Below the pieces are notes generated by a model. The model searched no databases. It was not told where the DNA came from and saw only the letters and a list, made by a program, of their open reading frames with translations. Made by a program: the position numbers and the translations under genes. Shown here piece after piece: positions 1 to 12,644 of a stretch of DNA of 64,000 bases. The DNA comes from Macrostomum lignano (Eukaryota): the NCBI GenBank assembly GCA_002269645.1, contig NIVC01002703.1, forward strand, positions 1-64,000. The letters run 5' to 3'. Within the stretch, counting starts at the first letter, position 1; every line of letters begins with the position of its first letter.

Positions 1-99
1 CGGCGTTATGTCGACTGTCTGCTGGCTGACGCCGGCGCCCCGGACACTGCCGGTGGCGCGGCCTTTGTTCGCGCCCAAGCCATGAAGCGCGCCCTGTGA
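1..99 (+). CDS. 3' end of an upstream gene (RRYVDCLLADAGAPDTAGGAAFVRAQAMKRAL*), product unknown
   Basis: GC-rich open frame from base 1 to TGA 97-99, followed by an abrupt switch to AT-rich UTR-like sequence. Confidence 0.5.
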   Translation, partial: RRYVDCLLADAGAPDTAGGAAFVRAQAMKRAL

Positions 100-139
100 C
101 GCTGACTTTTACCATCATGACAGCGTATTTTGTTGTTGT

Positions 140-285
140 TGTTGTTTACCCACTTAATTTACTTTCACCCAGTCACTCACCCACTTAATTCACTTTCAGC
201 CAGCCACTCACCCACTTAATTCACTTTCACCCAGTCAACCACTCAATCAGGTTAATTTACTATCACCCCCATTCACTCACAAAAT
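140..285. repeat. short diverged tandem repeat (CACCCACTTAATTCACTTTCACCCAGTCACT-like, about 4 copies)
   Basis: direct inspection. Confidence 0.6.
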
Positions 286-309
286 GTGGTAATTATTTAT
301 CATCTAGCT

Positions 310-690
310 ATTTTTCTCGTTTCAGTTCATGGACTTCTTCAGAAGGATAGAAAGCAAAAACAAGTGCCTCTGTTCTTTGCACTAATGTCGGGAAAATCAA
401 AGTATGATTACATAGAAGTTTTGCAATATATACTTGAGCAGCAGACAGAGGCAGAAGACTCTTTTGCCGAAAGTTGATAATGCTAATCCACCTTCTTGCC
501 AAACATATCTACGTGGCATTTAGCACTCTCGCTAAAGAGGCAAACTGATTTGAAGCACTGGTAGCACTCTGCTGCTACGTAGACACAATGTGGCTCTCTA
601 GTAGCATATGGAGTCACGAAGAGCTTTTAGTCTACTGCAAGAGAGAGCATACTAACAATCATCAAAGGATAGCACATGGCCCTCAACAGG
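310..690 (+). pseudogene. degenerate MULE (Mutator-like) transposase fragment
   Basis: VHGLLQKDRKQKQVPLFFALMSGKSKYDYIEVL and, in another frame, YVDTMWLSSSIW...EHTNNHQRIAH resemble the MULE-domain motifs KQVPLxFxLMS and RTNNxxEGWH; stops and frameshifts present. Confidence 0.6.
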
Positions 691-845
691 AGAGCAAGAA
701 ATGGCAACCTAAATCTCTATGCCTTGGCAGATCTGCTAGCTCAGCAGGCTACCTCGGGGGTTCTTCAAGCCCATCAATTGCAAACATTGGAAAGTGCTAG
801 TAGGCAAGTTGTAGCTGTATCTTGTCTAAGTCTGTTAAAGTGAAT

Positions 846-1165
846 AGACAAGAGAAGGGAGAGTAGAGAGTACAGATCGAGGAGAGATAAGGGAGAAAAG
901 ATTAGAAATGAGAGGAGAGAGGATAGACAAAGGGAGAGAGAAGTAAGTGAGGATAAAGGAGAGGAAAGAGGAGAATAGAGAGGGGAGAGAAATAGAGAGG
1001 AGAAAAGAGATGAGAAAGGAGAGATAAGAGAGAGAGAGAGTGAGAGTGAAAGAGAAAGAGAGAGAGAGGGGGGGAGGGAGAGAAAGAAGAAGGAAAGATG
1101 AAAGACAAGAGAGAAGAAAAGAAAGACAAGAGAGAAGAGAGAAGAGAGGAAAAAGAAGAGAAGAT
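846..1165. repeat. purine-rich (GA) low-complexity tract
   Basis: almost pure G/A; explains the Leu/Ser-rich shadow ORFs. Confidence 0.85.
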
Positions 1166-4100
1166 ATGTTTCAAAGGATCTAAGGGATATAGGGTCAGTC
1201 AGAGACAGAGGCCAGAGTTTGCCAAAATACAGACACTGCCTGACATTCTGCGTAGCACCCCAGCTTACAAAATCAAATGTTTTGCTCAAATCCTAATTTT
1301 ACACAAATGTACTCGATTTTATGTTTATCTCTATCCTACTATAACTAGGCCTATTAACAAGTCTTGTTTGAGTATGGCCTCAGATTTCAGAATATATGCA
1401 AAAAAATTCTGGGGATTGGAATTGTCTAGGTTCAAAATCTAGGGTTTCAACAGCTTGTTCAATTTATAATTCAAGGTATATTTGTTATAGCAAAATATTG
1501 CAAATAAAACAAACTAAATTTAATTCAAAAAATAATCACACAACATACTTTGTAGATAAATGATCCTAATATGAAAAAAAACAATTTTTACTTGCTTTCA
1601 AATCATCTATAGCTGTCACATACCATTGTCCCACTCTCTAAACAACTTTTCTCCCTAGTAAACTTGAATTTGCTCTATAGGCCCCTATTATAGCCGTATC
1701 TAGGGCATACATTTAAAAATTGACAAAATCTCTAGTAGGCACTATATATAATGCATAGTGTGGCGGCTAGACTACGCGACTGGCAGCACCAGTGCAGCCG
1801 CACTAGAAACCCCCCGCCAACCTCTGTCTAGCTGAGGTGGGATGGTGGCGCACCGTGCTAGCCGGCTCGCTAAGCCAAGGGGGGTTGGCGTAGCCAATCA
1901 CACCATGCCACATGTGTGCACCTTCCTTGGCCCCTCAATAATCTCGCGCTGTTTTCACTTGTATAAATATATGCGCAATGCAATGCAAAATCTTTGCTGC
2001 CATTCTATCTATTGAAACAAAAAGGCCTTCCGCCTCAATAGTCAGCATAGATGACATATTTTGAAGAGATTCATTTTGAAGAGACCAACCATCCCTGTAG
2101 CAGTTTAACAATGTTAATGAAGAGGTTGTGGGTTAGGCAACTCTCTACCCCACTCCTCTTTCTTGGTAGATAAACAGTTTTAGAAATAGAAAACTTTTGT
2201 CTACTTAGCAGATGAACTGTCAGCAGAGGAAATGACTGGCACCCTATTGTCTATAGGCCTAATACTACTTATTATTTATATTAGGCTAAATATAATATAT
2301 GCTACTAGCAAATTTATATACAATATATATAACCAAGCAAGAATAATAAAATATTTTTGCTACCAATTAGGCCTATATATAATAAATATTACTTACTAGG
2401 CCTAATAAAAGCATATAATTAACCATTTTAAGAGAACATAGCATAGGCCTAATCGATCATTGATATTAATAATTTAATACTAGGCCTAGGCCCTAGCCTA
2501 AAACACTTATATTAGGGCCTAGGGCTTATAAACAGAGTCCCGAGGCAGATTAGAAATATAAATGAGGGAGCAGAGCAGATTTTAATTATGAGAGTAAGAG
2601 CACCATAATATATATGCCTACTGCCTACACTGCTACACAATGCACATGACTGGTACTGGACTGACTGAGCTGAGTCTGAGTGTAGGTATTTATCCACGAC
2701 CACAGTAAATCATACATTACATTATACATATCGTCGTATCGATTATGTCAATCCCGTGTTGCTATCAGTATCACAAATGACCACTATAATTGAAACTTAT
2801 CATGCCTATCACTATTCAGGTCAGGTCTTTTTTAACAATTGAAAAATGGATAATTCATTATACCGAACGAGAAAGATTTTGGTTTGAAATTTAATTATTT
2901 ATTAAATTAAAAATGCATTACAATACAGGTCTAGTCTGCACTCAAACCCAGTTAAAATTAAATTATCTCTCTTTGATATAATAAATTTAATGTTATGTTA
3001 AACTAGTTAATTCCAACTATATGCATATATTTTCTGATAACATGCGTAGTGTTATTCTACATCGTACGTAATATGTAATTTTTTTAAATTTACCTTTTTC
3101 TACAAAGCTATATAGTCGACGTTAACGTTAGCGTTAGGCATCCAATTCGATTTACGGCAAACATTCCCTGAATTCGAAAAGGCTCAATCTAAAAGGCCTA
3201 TCCAGTATACTATATAGCAAGTAGTATATTAAAGTAAGTTATTTTTTTTTAATTTTTTCTTTTTTCTACTTACATTTTCTCAGATACGAATGTCGGAATG
3301 ATTACTTTACTGTTTACTTTTTATCTGATTATCTGAAACTGAAACTAAATTCTCAACTCAAGCCCGGTCAAGCAATACGCATAAGGTTGAAAATGCAACC
3401 ACGACAACATATCAAGAATTGTAATGTAATGACAGTGCTTATTCAGTTATAATTTTGCCAGCACCAATAAAATTAAACTTTTGGTTTAAAAAAATCATCT
3501 AGTAGAATAATAGGCCAATTACCTATCATATTTTGTCAGTTTAGTGTCATGTCAGTAATGAGTAAAAAACAATTGCCAAAGTTATATGCATTAGAAAAAA
3601 CTCTATTTTAGAGAACAAGCTGTCTATTATTTAATTTTTCAGTTGGCCAATTGCTAGGCCTATTTATTGCTATGGTGACAATATAAATAGCACAATGGTT
3701 CTATTTAACATGTAAAACAAATGCTTATAGGACTATACTATCATTTCTTGAGTAACTAACTATAATAGGCCTCCAGTTTTTATGGAAAGTTCTTAGAAAA
3801 GTTGAATTTAAAAAATGTATTACTGTGGTTTAACTCTGCGAATATTGAAAATATTTCTTATATACAAAATATTCCAAATATTCTATACTTTGTTTTAAAT
3901 ACTAAGAAAATTTTACTATAAATAGGAGTCAGCTGGGAGCAGAAATAAATATACCTCGCATCATCTGGTGAACCTTGTGAACCTTTCTTGTACCATTGAT
4001 CAAGCTTTAAATCAGCCTTGGGCTTGTGAGCACTTGTGTTACTTATTTCGAGTAGTGGATAATGACATAAGAGTTGCCCCAAGATTAGGAGTTCAGTCCG

Positions 4101-5237
4101 TTCTCAGAGGACGAGAAACACTAGACTTAGGAGTCTAGTAACCCGCCTTTAGAAGGCAGAATTTCTACCACAGGGTAGAGAAATCCAGGCCTAGAGTCTG
4201 AGAAACCTGCCTCAGGGCAGAATACCCAGCGAAGTGCGCTGTGACCCTCTGATCCCGGGAACGCCCAGGACTGAGAGAATAATATCTTTAGACGAATATA
4301 GGAATAGGATAGACAGTGCCTAAAAGGACCGCTCAGGCCAGAAAGTACAATAGAAGTACAGACGCTACCAATAAAAGTACATACGCTACCAATAGAAATA
4401 CAGATGCTACCAATAGAAGTACATGCACTACGAGTAAAGGGCAAGTAATAACCAGCAATATTAACAAGAAGGAATAACCCCTGCAACAGCTTGGTGGCAG
4501 CAAGTAAGGCTAAACAAAAGAATAAATAAGAGCCCTAGGACAGCTTTTGGTGGCATTTAGTGGGATTCTCATAGGGAGTCAAAAGGCCTGGTACAACTTT
4601 GGTGTTAGCAATTGAGATTTTATAGAGAGACAGAGCCCTACGACATAACTTTATGTAAGTGTGTAGATAATAATGTGAGGCTAGGCCTATATTAGTATAT
4701 AGAGCAGAGGTAGGCCTTTGCTCTACAAAATTTTTATCCTAGTGGCCAGATACTAGATAGAGAACCTAATTACCATACATGCACATGCCTAATACCTATC
4801 TGACCTATCTAAAGTGGACAGGTGAAATGGCTGCTGGCAATTTTGCAGTTTCAAAATTGCAAAATTGAAAATGCAAAAAATGAAAAAATTGATGGAAAAA
4901 AAGAAAGGAAGAGAAAAAGAAAAAAGGAAAGAGAAAAAAGAGAAGGGAAAGGAGAAAGGAAAAAGAAAAAAAGAAAAAGGCAAGAAAAGTCATATACAAA
5001 ATGAAAATTAAGTTGCAATCAAGGGAATTAAGTTATGATTGAGAGGAACTAAGTTGCAATTAGAAGGACCTATAAGTTGCAAATCTGGACAAAACTAAGT
5101 TGCACTAGACAAGTGAAATTTTGAGGTTAGGCATATATGCTAATTAAGGTAAGGTAGCACGCTTTAGCAGGCAGAGAAATACAATATAAATTACAAATTT
5201 ATAAATTAAAAATTACAGAAATACAAATACAAATTAC

Positions 5238-6868
5238 CCATAGTCTAGAAGATGGTCTTTATGCCAGAAAATTCCAGCATATTTTTGCTCTTGCTAACAA
5301 TCTTAGCATACATTTGGCATAGAATTTTTAGATTCAATATGAAATACGCATAGTTGGCAATTGATGGTCATTTCATCAAGTGGCATTTCGTCAACTCGGT
5401 TGACTAAGTGACCAAAGTATTAAGGCAACTTTACTGGTGGTTGACGAAGTGACAAGTGCCTAGGTCCTCCTCATTTGCTTGTTGACAAAATGACCAAAAT
5501 TGTCATTATATGAATGATATGTAGTTCATATAGCAGCATAGCTTACAATAGTTGTTATATCAATGAATTTGTTTTAATAATTACCTAATTTTATTTGAAA
5601 TGATCAAACTTTGCAATTTTGTTATAGTGTACAGTATAAATGTTAATTGCTTGCCCATTATAGATGTAGGTTAATAGGTTAAATATTCCGATGCGAATAT
5701 TCTAGATTCAAATGCATCACCTATACATACTCATACTCATATATGTCCGGGCATCAATGAATCTTGAGCATTTGTGTTTTATGCAATCTGCATATAGTAC
5801 ATGTGTTCACATACATGGTGGGCATTCATACTATCAAAATGCATTGGGAGGACTGCTAATAGTCCCTTGTGGAATCGTAAAAATTGGTGGATTATAGTGT
5901 GCGCCTTCCCACCCCTCTACCCTGCTGTGCACAGTCAACCAAAGCTGATCCCCCGCAGCAAATCTTGATATCCAGTAATGCTCTCGAAGCATATCATGCA
6001 CAAGCTAGTAGAGGGGGATGAACAAGGTCTTTTGGAGGAATTGTATGCTGCCGATGCTAGTAAATGCCTGATATGAGAGAGAGATATAGAGAAAGTGAAA
6101 GAGAGAGAGGGGGGAGAAAGAGAAAAAGGTTGAAAGAGAGAAGTGTTAAAATTTAGTACAAGTATATAGGCTACCGGTTTTAAGCCTCTGGGCTCTTGGT
6201 CAGTCCAAAAATTAGTGTGTAATGCAATGCAAGTTTGTCTTTTAAGTTTATTTTTCTCAGTCTGATAAAACTGATAAGCAGCTGTACATAGGAGGGATGT
6301 ACATTTAAAACCCTGTTCAGGTGAGTGAGTGAGCTGAGCATATATACAATATTACAAGCTGTTGTTTTAGTTTTAGTTACAAGTTTTAGTTGTTTTGCAG
6401 CCATGGGGGTAGTTTATTGTCAGTTGTCAAAGTGACCAATGTTGGGGAACTCCCCGTTGGTCAGTTGACAAAGTGACCGAGGTTTGAGACTGCTTCATTG
6501 GCTAGTTGATAAAATGACCAATGCAAAAACTGAGTTGATGAAATGGCCAGTTGACAAAATGACTAGGACCCATAGTTGGCATACACATTTGAGCTCTTTT
6601 AAAAATAATCAAAAACTAAAATAAAAATATTAATGCAATTTATGAGAAAAACAAAATTAAAACAAATAATATCAGTTTTTAGCAAAAAAATGCTGTTATG
6701 ATGTTTAGTAAAACTCTTTTATTTCTAAGAATATAGTCTCTAAAAAATTGGCCTATAAGCAACTCTAGGCTCAGCATAATATTTTTTTATTTTTATAATA
6801 TATTAGTATAAAATTGAAAAAACATGAATTTTCATTCCGGCATATGCCCGCTATGATCTGGACTATGG
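5238..6868 (+). mobile_element. non-autonomous TIR element of the CCATAGTC family, interrupted by a nested insertion
   Basis: ends CCATAGTCTAGA / TCTGGACTATGG; flanks CAAATTAC / CTAATCAC (6 of 8 match); both halves are colinear with the copy at 57121-57561. Confidence 0.7.
5360..6570. mobile_element. nested TIR element (MULE-like) with an 11-bp flanking direct repeat
   Basis: CATAGTTGGCA at 5349-5359 and 6571-6581; imperfect TIR GGTCATTTCATCAAGTGGCATTTCGTCAACTC vs revcomp AGTCATTTTGTCAACTGGCCATTTCATCAACTC; the empty site (CATAGTCAGCA, single) is at 57234-57244. Confidence 0.65.
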
Positions 6869-7794
6869 CTAATCACTAGTAGCTAGTGCATGACATTGGC
6901 TGAAGGCCAGAGGAGAAGAGAGGGAAAAGAAAAGAGACCCTATTGGAACAAGTATAGAAAATCTATGTACACATGAAATGGGGTCTAGAATCATAGCTCA
7001 AAAATGCAACGTAACACAGAACATGTTAACTTTTATACCAAATATAGACAAAGTACTAATTCAATAATGAAACTTCTAGCTTTAATAAGACAGTCATAGT
7101 TACTCTTGCCATTTACCTAAGAACTGCACCATATTGCAACACTACTGCCTTGATATTAATATAGATATAGATGGTCAGACACCTTTTGTCTACTTATTCT
7201 AATAGGGAGAAAGAAGGACAAAAGAATAAAAAAGACAATATCTAGAACAGAAGAAAGGAAAAAGATAAAATAAAAGATAAAAGATGAAATAGGTAGAGTT
7301 GAAATAGGAGAGGAGAGAAAAGAGAAATGGAAATAATAAAAAATAGAAAAATAAAAAAGCTAAGAAGAAACAAATATTGAGTAGGTCAGATTGCTTTTGT
7401 GAAGTTACAAAGGACCCAAAGGCTAAGCCCTAGATAGAGGGGCTTTGTAGGCTAGTATAGCCTGCAGGCTAGAATTGGCTAACCCTGGATACAAAGTATA
7501 AATTGGAAAAAAATTTACCTTAAGTTTGATCTAGTTAAGGTCAATAACAAGAACCACTAGAGACTAGAATTTACCATTGTATCAATATATTTAAAACATG
7601 TTTCTCTATTTTTAATTACAATACGTATAGCCTTATTATTTAACTATTACTAATATTATAATATTTATAATACTAAATGTAATGCATATCTATATGCTCA
7701 TTACCATTATATATTTTTTATAATATTAGCAATCTGGTACCCTCTTTTAGGGTAGCCAAAAAGCAAGATACAAAAATTATTAAATGAATTTTAT

Positions 7795-8250
7795 TTGCCT
7801 TGACATCATTGCAATTCCTCCCAAGCCTTTTGATATCTTAGTAGATCTCCCTAGCCTTGATATTTAGCAATTCCCTTAGCAAGCCTTGATATCTTAGCAA
7901 TTCCTCCAGCAAGTTTTCACCTCTTAGCAATTCCCTTAATAAGCTTTGACATCTTAGCAATTCTTTCCCAAAAGTCTTGGCATCCTTATTGCAGCCAATG
8001 ACCATTACATTATTGTGGACAATATCTAAGCCTAGTATAGATAGGCCCCTAGCAGTATAGGCATAGTCTGGCAATCTGGCATGTTGGTATGGTTTAGCAT
8101 GGGAAAAGGAGGCATCTGGTGCAGTTTAGACCTTGGCTAAAATAGGGCTCTTGATATCTTATCAGTTCTCCCTAAGAATCATATGCATTATAACAATCCC
8201 TCCCAAGCCTTGATGTGAGATATTTTCCATGAGCCTTGACATCTTAGCAT
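7795..8250. repeat. diverged CCTTGAYATCTTAGCAATTCCC motif repeats (same family in reverse at 45400-46210 and 47310-47500)
   Basis: recurrent motif; reverse complement CTGAGATGTCAAGGCT in the 45-47 kb region. Confidence 0.6.
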
Positions 8251-8485
8251 TCCCCAAAGAATATATTTTCAATACTGTGATACACTTTAAGTCTGAGTCA
8301 CAATTCAGTTATGATGCAATCAGAATTTAAAAAATTCAGAAAATTTCTAAAAAATTCAGAAAATTTCTGATTGAATAGTGCAAGTTTCATAAAAATCAGT
8401 TGAGTCATTTAGCTAAGGATTTGATCGGGACTTTAGCAAGATTATGAAAGTGTAACATTTTGCTATCACAAACATTGCAGCCACA

Positions 8486-9820
8486 ATGGGTGCCAACAGT
8501 AGCTCACTGGCAGAGCTGTCCTCAAATGAGTACTTAATCCGACTGTGCGGCAAGCAGCCAATCTCCAGCAATGATCCCTATTGGAACCAGCTGCTTAGCT
8601 ATGCTTTTGTACCGCCAGTCACCAGTACAGATGCTAAACTGCTCGAGGAACAAACGGCCAACCTTCTAACCACTTTCACTGTTAATAATGTCTCATCTGG
8701 CAATCTCAATAGCCTGCTCAGAGTATTAGTTACCATGGTTTCCAATCTGCAACAGTTTGTACTCGAACCACTGGCTGATGGGCGTCAAAGTGACATATTC
8801 CTGATGCAGCTCTACAATGCTCTGTTCATCTCGCGTTGTATAATTAAACACCTGGTTGAGCAATTGAGCGATGAGTTGCTGCTGACTCAGATTGAGCACT
8901 GTCCAGACAAGCAGCTGCATCAGCGAAGGCTGCTCAATCAGCAGCGCCAGAGTCAGGGCGACGCCTCAGCTGCCACCAGCAAGCGCGACCTTGAAGAGGA
9001 CGACAACAGCGGTGACGAAAGCGACGAATCGAATTCCTCATCCGAGGCGGACGCCACCATGGTTGAAGAGCTGATAGAAGCTCTTGTACACTTGCTAGTG
9101 GTGCTCCCGGTTCGCGAGTCAACATTTCCTGTTGTGTACGAAAGTGTGTGCAGCCTTCTAGTGCTGCTCAGCGTTCAGATGTACCGAACTGAGCCGGCTG
9201 AGAAGCTGACCTTCTACCAGATCCTGTACACCGGCCGCTGCTCTATGCACGCCTTCCGCCTGATGGAGGTGCTATTGAAATACTATGTGCAGCGGCCGCC
9301 AGCTCCCGATAGAATGCTGGTCAATGCTGGTGGATCAGCCGGCCTTTATAATAGTCTGGCATCCGGCCTGTGGTCCATGGTCACTCTGGGCTACGGCTCC
9401 AACCCGGCTGCTGAGCAGCGAGCTCAGCTCCGCACTGGCCTGCTGGCCGACCAGAGCTGCCTGCTGTCTCTGGTGCTGGCCAATCACTGCGCCGGGGCCA
9501 GGCGGTTCCGCAATCCTTATCGAGAGGCCCTGCTCAGCTGCGCCCATGCCAATGATCCGGGCAATGTTGAGCATTTGTCATCAGCCGCTAGTAATCTGAT
9601 TAGTTTCCGAGTAGATTTCAATCTATTGTTGAAGGCCATCTGCGATAGGCTGCCTAGAGATGAAGCCCTGTTGATGCTGTATCTGCTGCTGCACTCGGCC
9701 GGTGGTCTGCAGTTCAGGGGCTACGTTGGCAGGCAGGGCGGAGACGACTCCCAGCTCGCTGGCCTGCTGCTGCCCATACTGCGAACTCTGCACTCTGAGG
9801 CTCAGAAGAGCTCGCATCAG
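8486..9820 (+). CDS. DYM: dymeclin, coding exon 1 (445 codons)
   Basis: N-terminal MGANSS myristoylation motif; acceptor-like TTGCAG at 8475-8480 just before the ATG; exon ends ...SSHQ at CAG|GTGAGA, phase 0. Confidence 0.92.
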
Positions 9821-10039
9821 GTGAGAGGCGGGGGTGGGCGGTTGAACACGGATTGACAGACAGACAAACACTAAGGCTCGAAGACACTAAAATTAAATAA
9901 AAGAGACACTAAGACAAATCAGAGAGATACCTGGAAAAAAAGACGGACAAACAGGCAAGAATAAAAGACAAAATAGACAATATGGCAAGACAAACAGCAC
10001 TAGGGCAGGCAAACAGACATTAAGACTATACGACACAGA

Positions 10040-11345
10040 CACTAAGGACAGGCACTAAGACAAGACAACACTGACATTAAGGACAGGCGCAAAAACAAGA
10101 CAACAAGGACATTAAGGACAGGCGCAAAGACAAGACAACACGGACACTAAGAACAGACACAAAGACAAGACAACAAGGACATTAAGGACAGGCACAAAGA
10201 CAAGACAACAAGGACATTAAGGACAGGCACAAAGACAAGACAACAAGGACATTAAGGACAGGCACAAAGACAAGACAACAAGGACATTAAGGACAGGCAC
10301 AAAGACAAGACAACAAGGACATTAAGGACAGGCACAAAGACAAGACAACAAGGACATTAAGAACAGGCACAAAGACAAGACAACAAGGACATTAAGGACA
10401 GGCACAAAGACAAGACAACAAGGACATTAAGGACAGGCACAAAGACAAGACAACAAGGACATTAAGGACAGGCACAAAGACAAGACAACAAGGACATTAA
10501 GGACAGGCACAAAGACAAGACAACAAGGACATTAAGGACAGGCACAAAGACAAGACAACAAGGACATTAAGAACAGGCACAAAGACAAGACAACAAGGAC
10601 ATTAAGAACAGGCACAAAGACAAGACAACAAGGACATTAAGAACAGGCACAAAGACAAGACAACAAGGACATTAAGAACAGGCACAAAGACAAGACAACA
10701 AGGACATTAAGAACAGGCACAAAGACAAGACAACAAGGACATTAAGAACAGGCACAAAGACAAGACAACACGGACATTAAGAACAGGCACAAAGACAAGA
10801 CAACAAGGACATTAAGGACAGGCACAAAGACAAGACAACAAGGACATTAAGGACAGGCACAAAGACAAGACAACAAGGACATTAAGGACAGGCACAAAGA
10901 CAAGACAACAAGGACATTAAGGACAGGCACAAAGACAAGACAACAAGGACATTAAGGACAGGCACAAAGACAAGACAACAAGGACATTAAGGACAGGCAC
11001 AAAGACAAGACAACAAGGACATTAAGAACAGGCACAAAGACAAGACAACAAGGACATTAAGAACAGGCACAAAGACAAGACAACAAGGACATTAAGAACA
11101 GGCACAAAGACAAGACAACACGGACATTAAGAACAGGCACAAAGACAAGACAACAAGGACATTAAGAACAGGCACAAAGACAAGACAACAAGGACACTAA
11201 GAACAGGCACAAAGACAAGACAACACGGACATTAAGAACAGGCACAAAGACAAGACAACAAGGACATTAACAGGCACAAAGACAAGACAACAAGGACATT
11301 AAGAACAGGCACAAAGACAAGACAACACGGACATTAAGAACAGAC
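10040..11345. repeat. 35-bp minisatellite (CAAGGACATTAAGGACAGGCACAAAGACAAGACAA), about 36 copies, inside the DYM intron
   Basis: period 35 (e.g. 10201, 10236). Confidence 0.95.
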
Positions 11346-11435
11346 ACTAAAACCAGACAAGACAGAAACTAACACAGAGACAGACAGACCAACAGTAGGA
11401 CTAACCCTAATCACAAAGCCCCAACCGCCTGACAG

Positions 11436-12305
11436 GTGTACATGGCCCTAATCGTACTGCTAATGCTAACCGAGTGCCAGCAGTTCTGCACCAGAGTTCA
11501 CGAGATCCAGCTGCAGCCAGCCAGCGTGTCGGGCTGGTTCACCGAGCGTCATCTTGGCTTGGTGTCTCTGGGCAGCCTGCTAGCCATTGTACTTTGCCGC
11601 ACTGTTCAGCTGAATGTTGGCCGGACTCGCGATAAATACCTGCACACCAACTGCCTGGCAGCTCTGGCTAACATGTCTACATACTTTGCCGGCCTGCATC
11701 CGTACGCCTGTCAGAAGCTACTTGGCCTGTTCGCTCACCTGGCCAAGAAGCAGAAGAAACTGGTTGATGAGATGCGGAGTAGGCCAGCCAATATGGCTGA
11801 GCTGGAGGCTGACCGGGCCTCAGTTGAGGATCTGATGCGCTGCATCCTTGAGATTGTTAATAACGCTTTGACCCACCGGTTGGCGGAGAATCCCCACCTG
11901 GTGTATACCCAGCTGCACCAGAGGGAGCTGTATCAGCCATTCTCTACTCATCCTGCTTTCCAAGACATTCTGCAGAACTTGGGCACAGTGATGCATCATT
12001 TCACTTCGGCTCTGGGCGAGAGCAGCTCTGAGCATCAGAATCAGCTCTCCGAGCACCGGGTCATGCGAGTCATCGAAGAACGAAGTCGCAGCTTTCGTCG
12101 GGATAGGCTGAAAAAATTCCCCGAACCAAAGTACAAATACGTTGAAGAGGAATCGCCAGACGAGTTCTTTATACCGTACATCTGGGCTCTGGTGTACAGA
12201 TCCTCGAATTTGTACTTTAATCCCAGCAAACTGCTGCTGCTGCAGTCTCAGCAGCAGTCGGAGTCGGATGACAAAGAAGGTCAAAGTCAAGAGGCAACGG
12301 CTTGA
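11436..12305 (+). CDS. DYM: dymeclin, coding exon 2 (spliced product 734 aa)
   Basis: CTGACAG|GTG TAC ATG; VYMALIVLLMLTE, RTRDKYLHTNCLAALANMS and KKFPEPKYKYVEEESPDEFFIPYIW are dymeclin hallmarks; AATAAA at 12347. Confidence 0.95.
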   Translation: MYMALIVLLMLTECQQFCTRVHEIQLQPASVSGWFTERHLGLVSLGSLLAIVLCRTVQLNVGRTRDKYLHTNCLAALANMSTYFAGLHPYACQKLLGLFAHLAKKQKKLVDEMRSRPANMAELEADRASVEDLMRCILEIVNNALTHRLAENPHLVYTQLHQRELYQPFSTHPAFQDILQNLGTVMHHFTSALGESSSEHQNQLSEHRVMRVIEERSRSFRRDRLKKFPEPKYKYVEEESPDEFFIPYIWALVYRSSNLYFNPSKLLLLQSQQQSESDDKEGQSQEATA

Positions 12306-12644
12306 ACTGTGTAAATTATAACGATTATTACTATTAATATCTATTGAATAAAACTAGAATAGTTGGATGTGTTACTTGCAGAAAATGCGTTTCTATCTAC
12401 TCTTTTTCAGTAGAAAAAATGAGCGTTTTTTGTCTTACATTAAACCGTAAAATTCGAAGTCGATTAGATTTTACAATATATTTAAAGTTTTGGCTTTCTA
12501 CAAGCTGACCAATTAAGTTGGCATAATTCATCCTGTTTGAAGCTGCACCCAAATCCAGTTGTGTGTGTACAGCGAGCAAGAGAGAAGGGGGGTGGCGCCC
12601 CGGGCCCTAGCCAGGCCGATAAACAGTTTTAGCTTTCCTCTTGC

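Noticed and set aside
774-1289. Leu/Ser/Phe-rich 'membrane' ORFs (also 4789-5004, 27492-28370, 58095-58463)
   Set aside because: Antisense translations of GA/A-rich low-complexity tracts.
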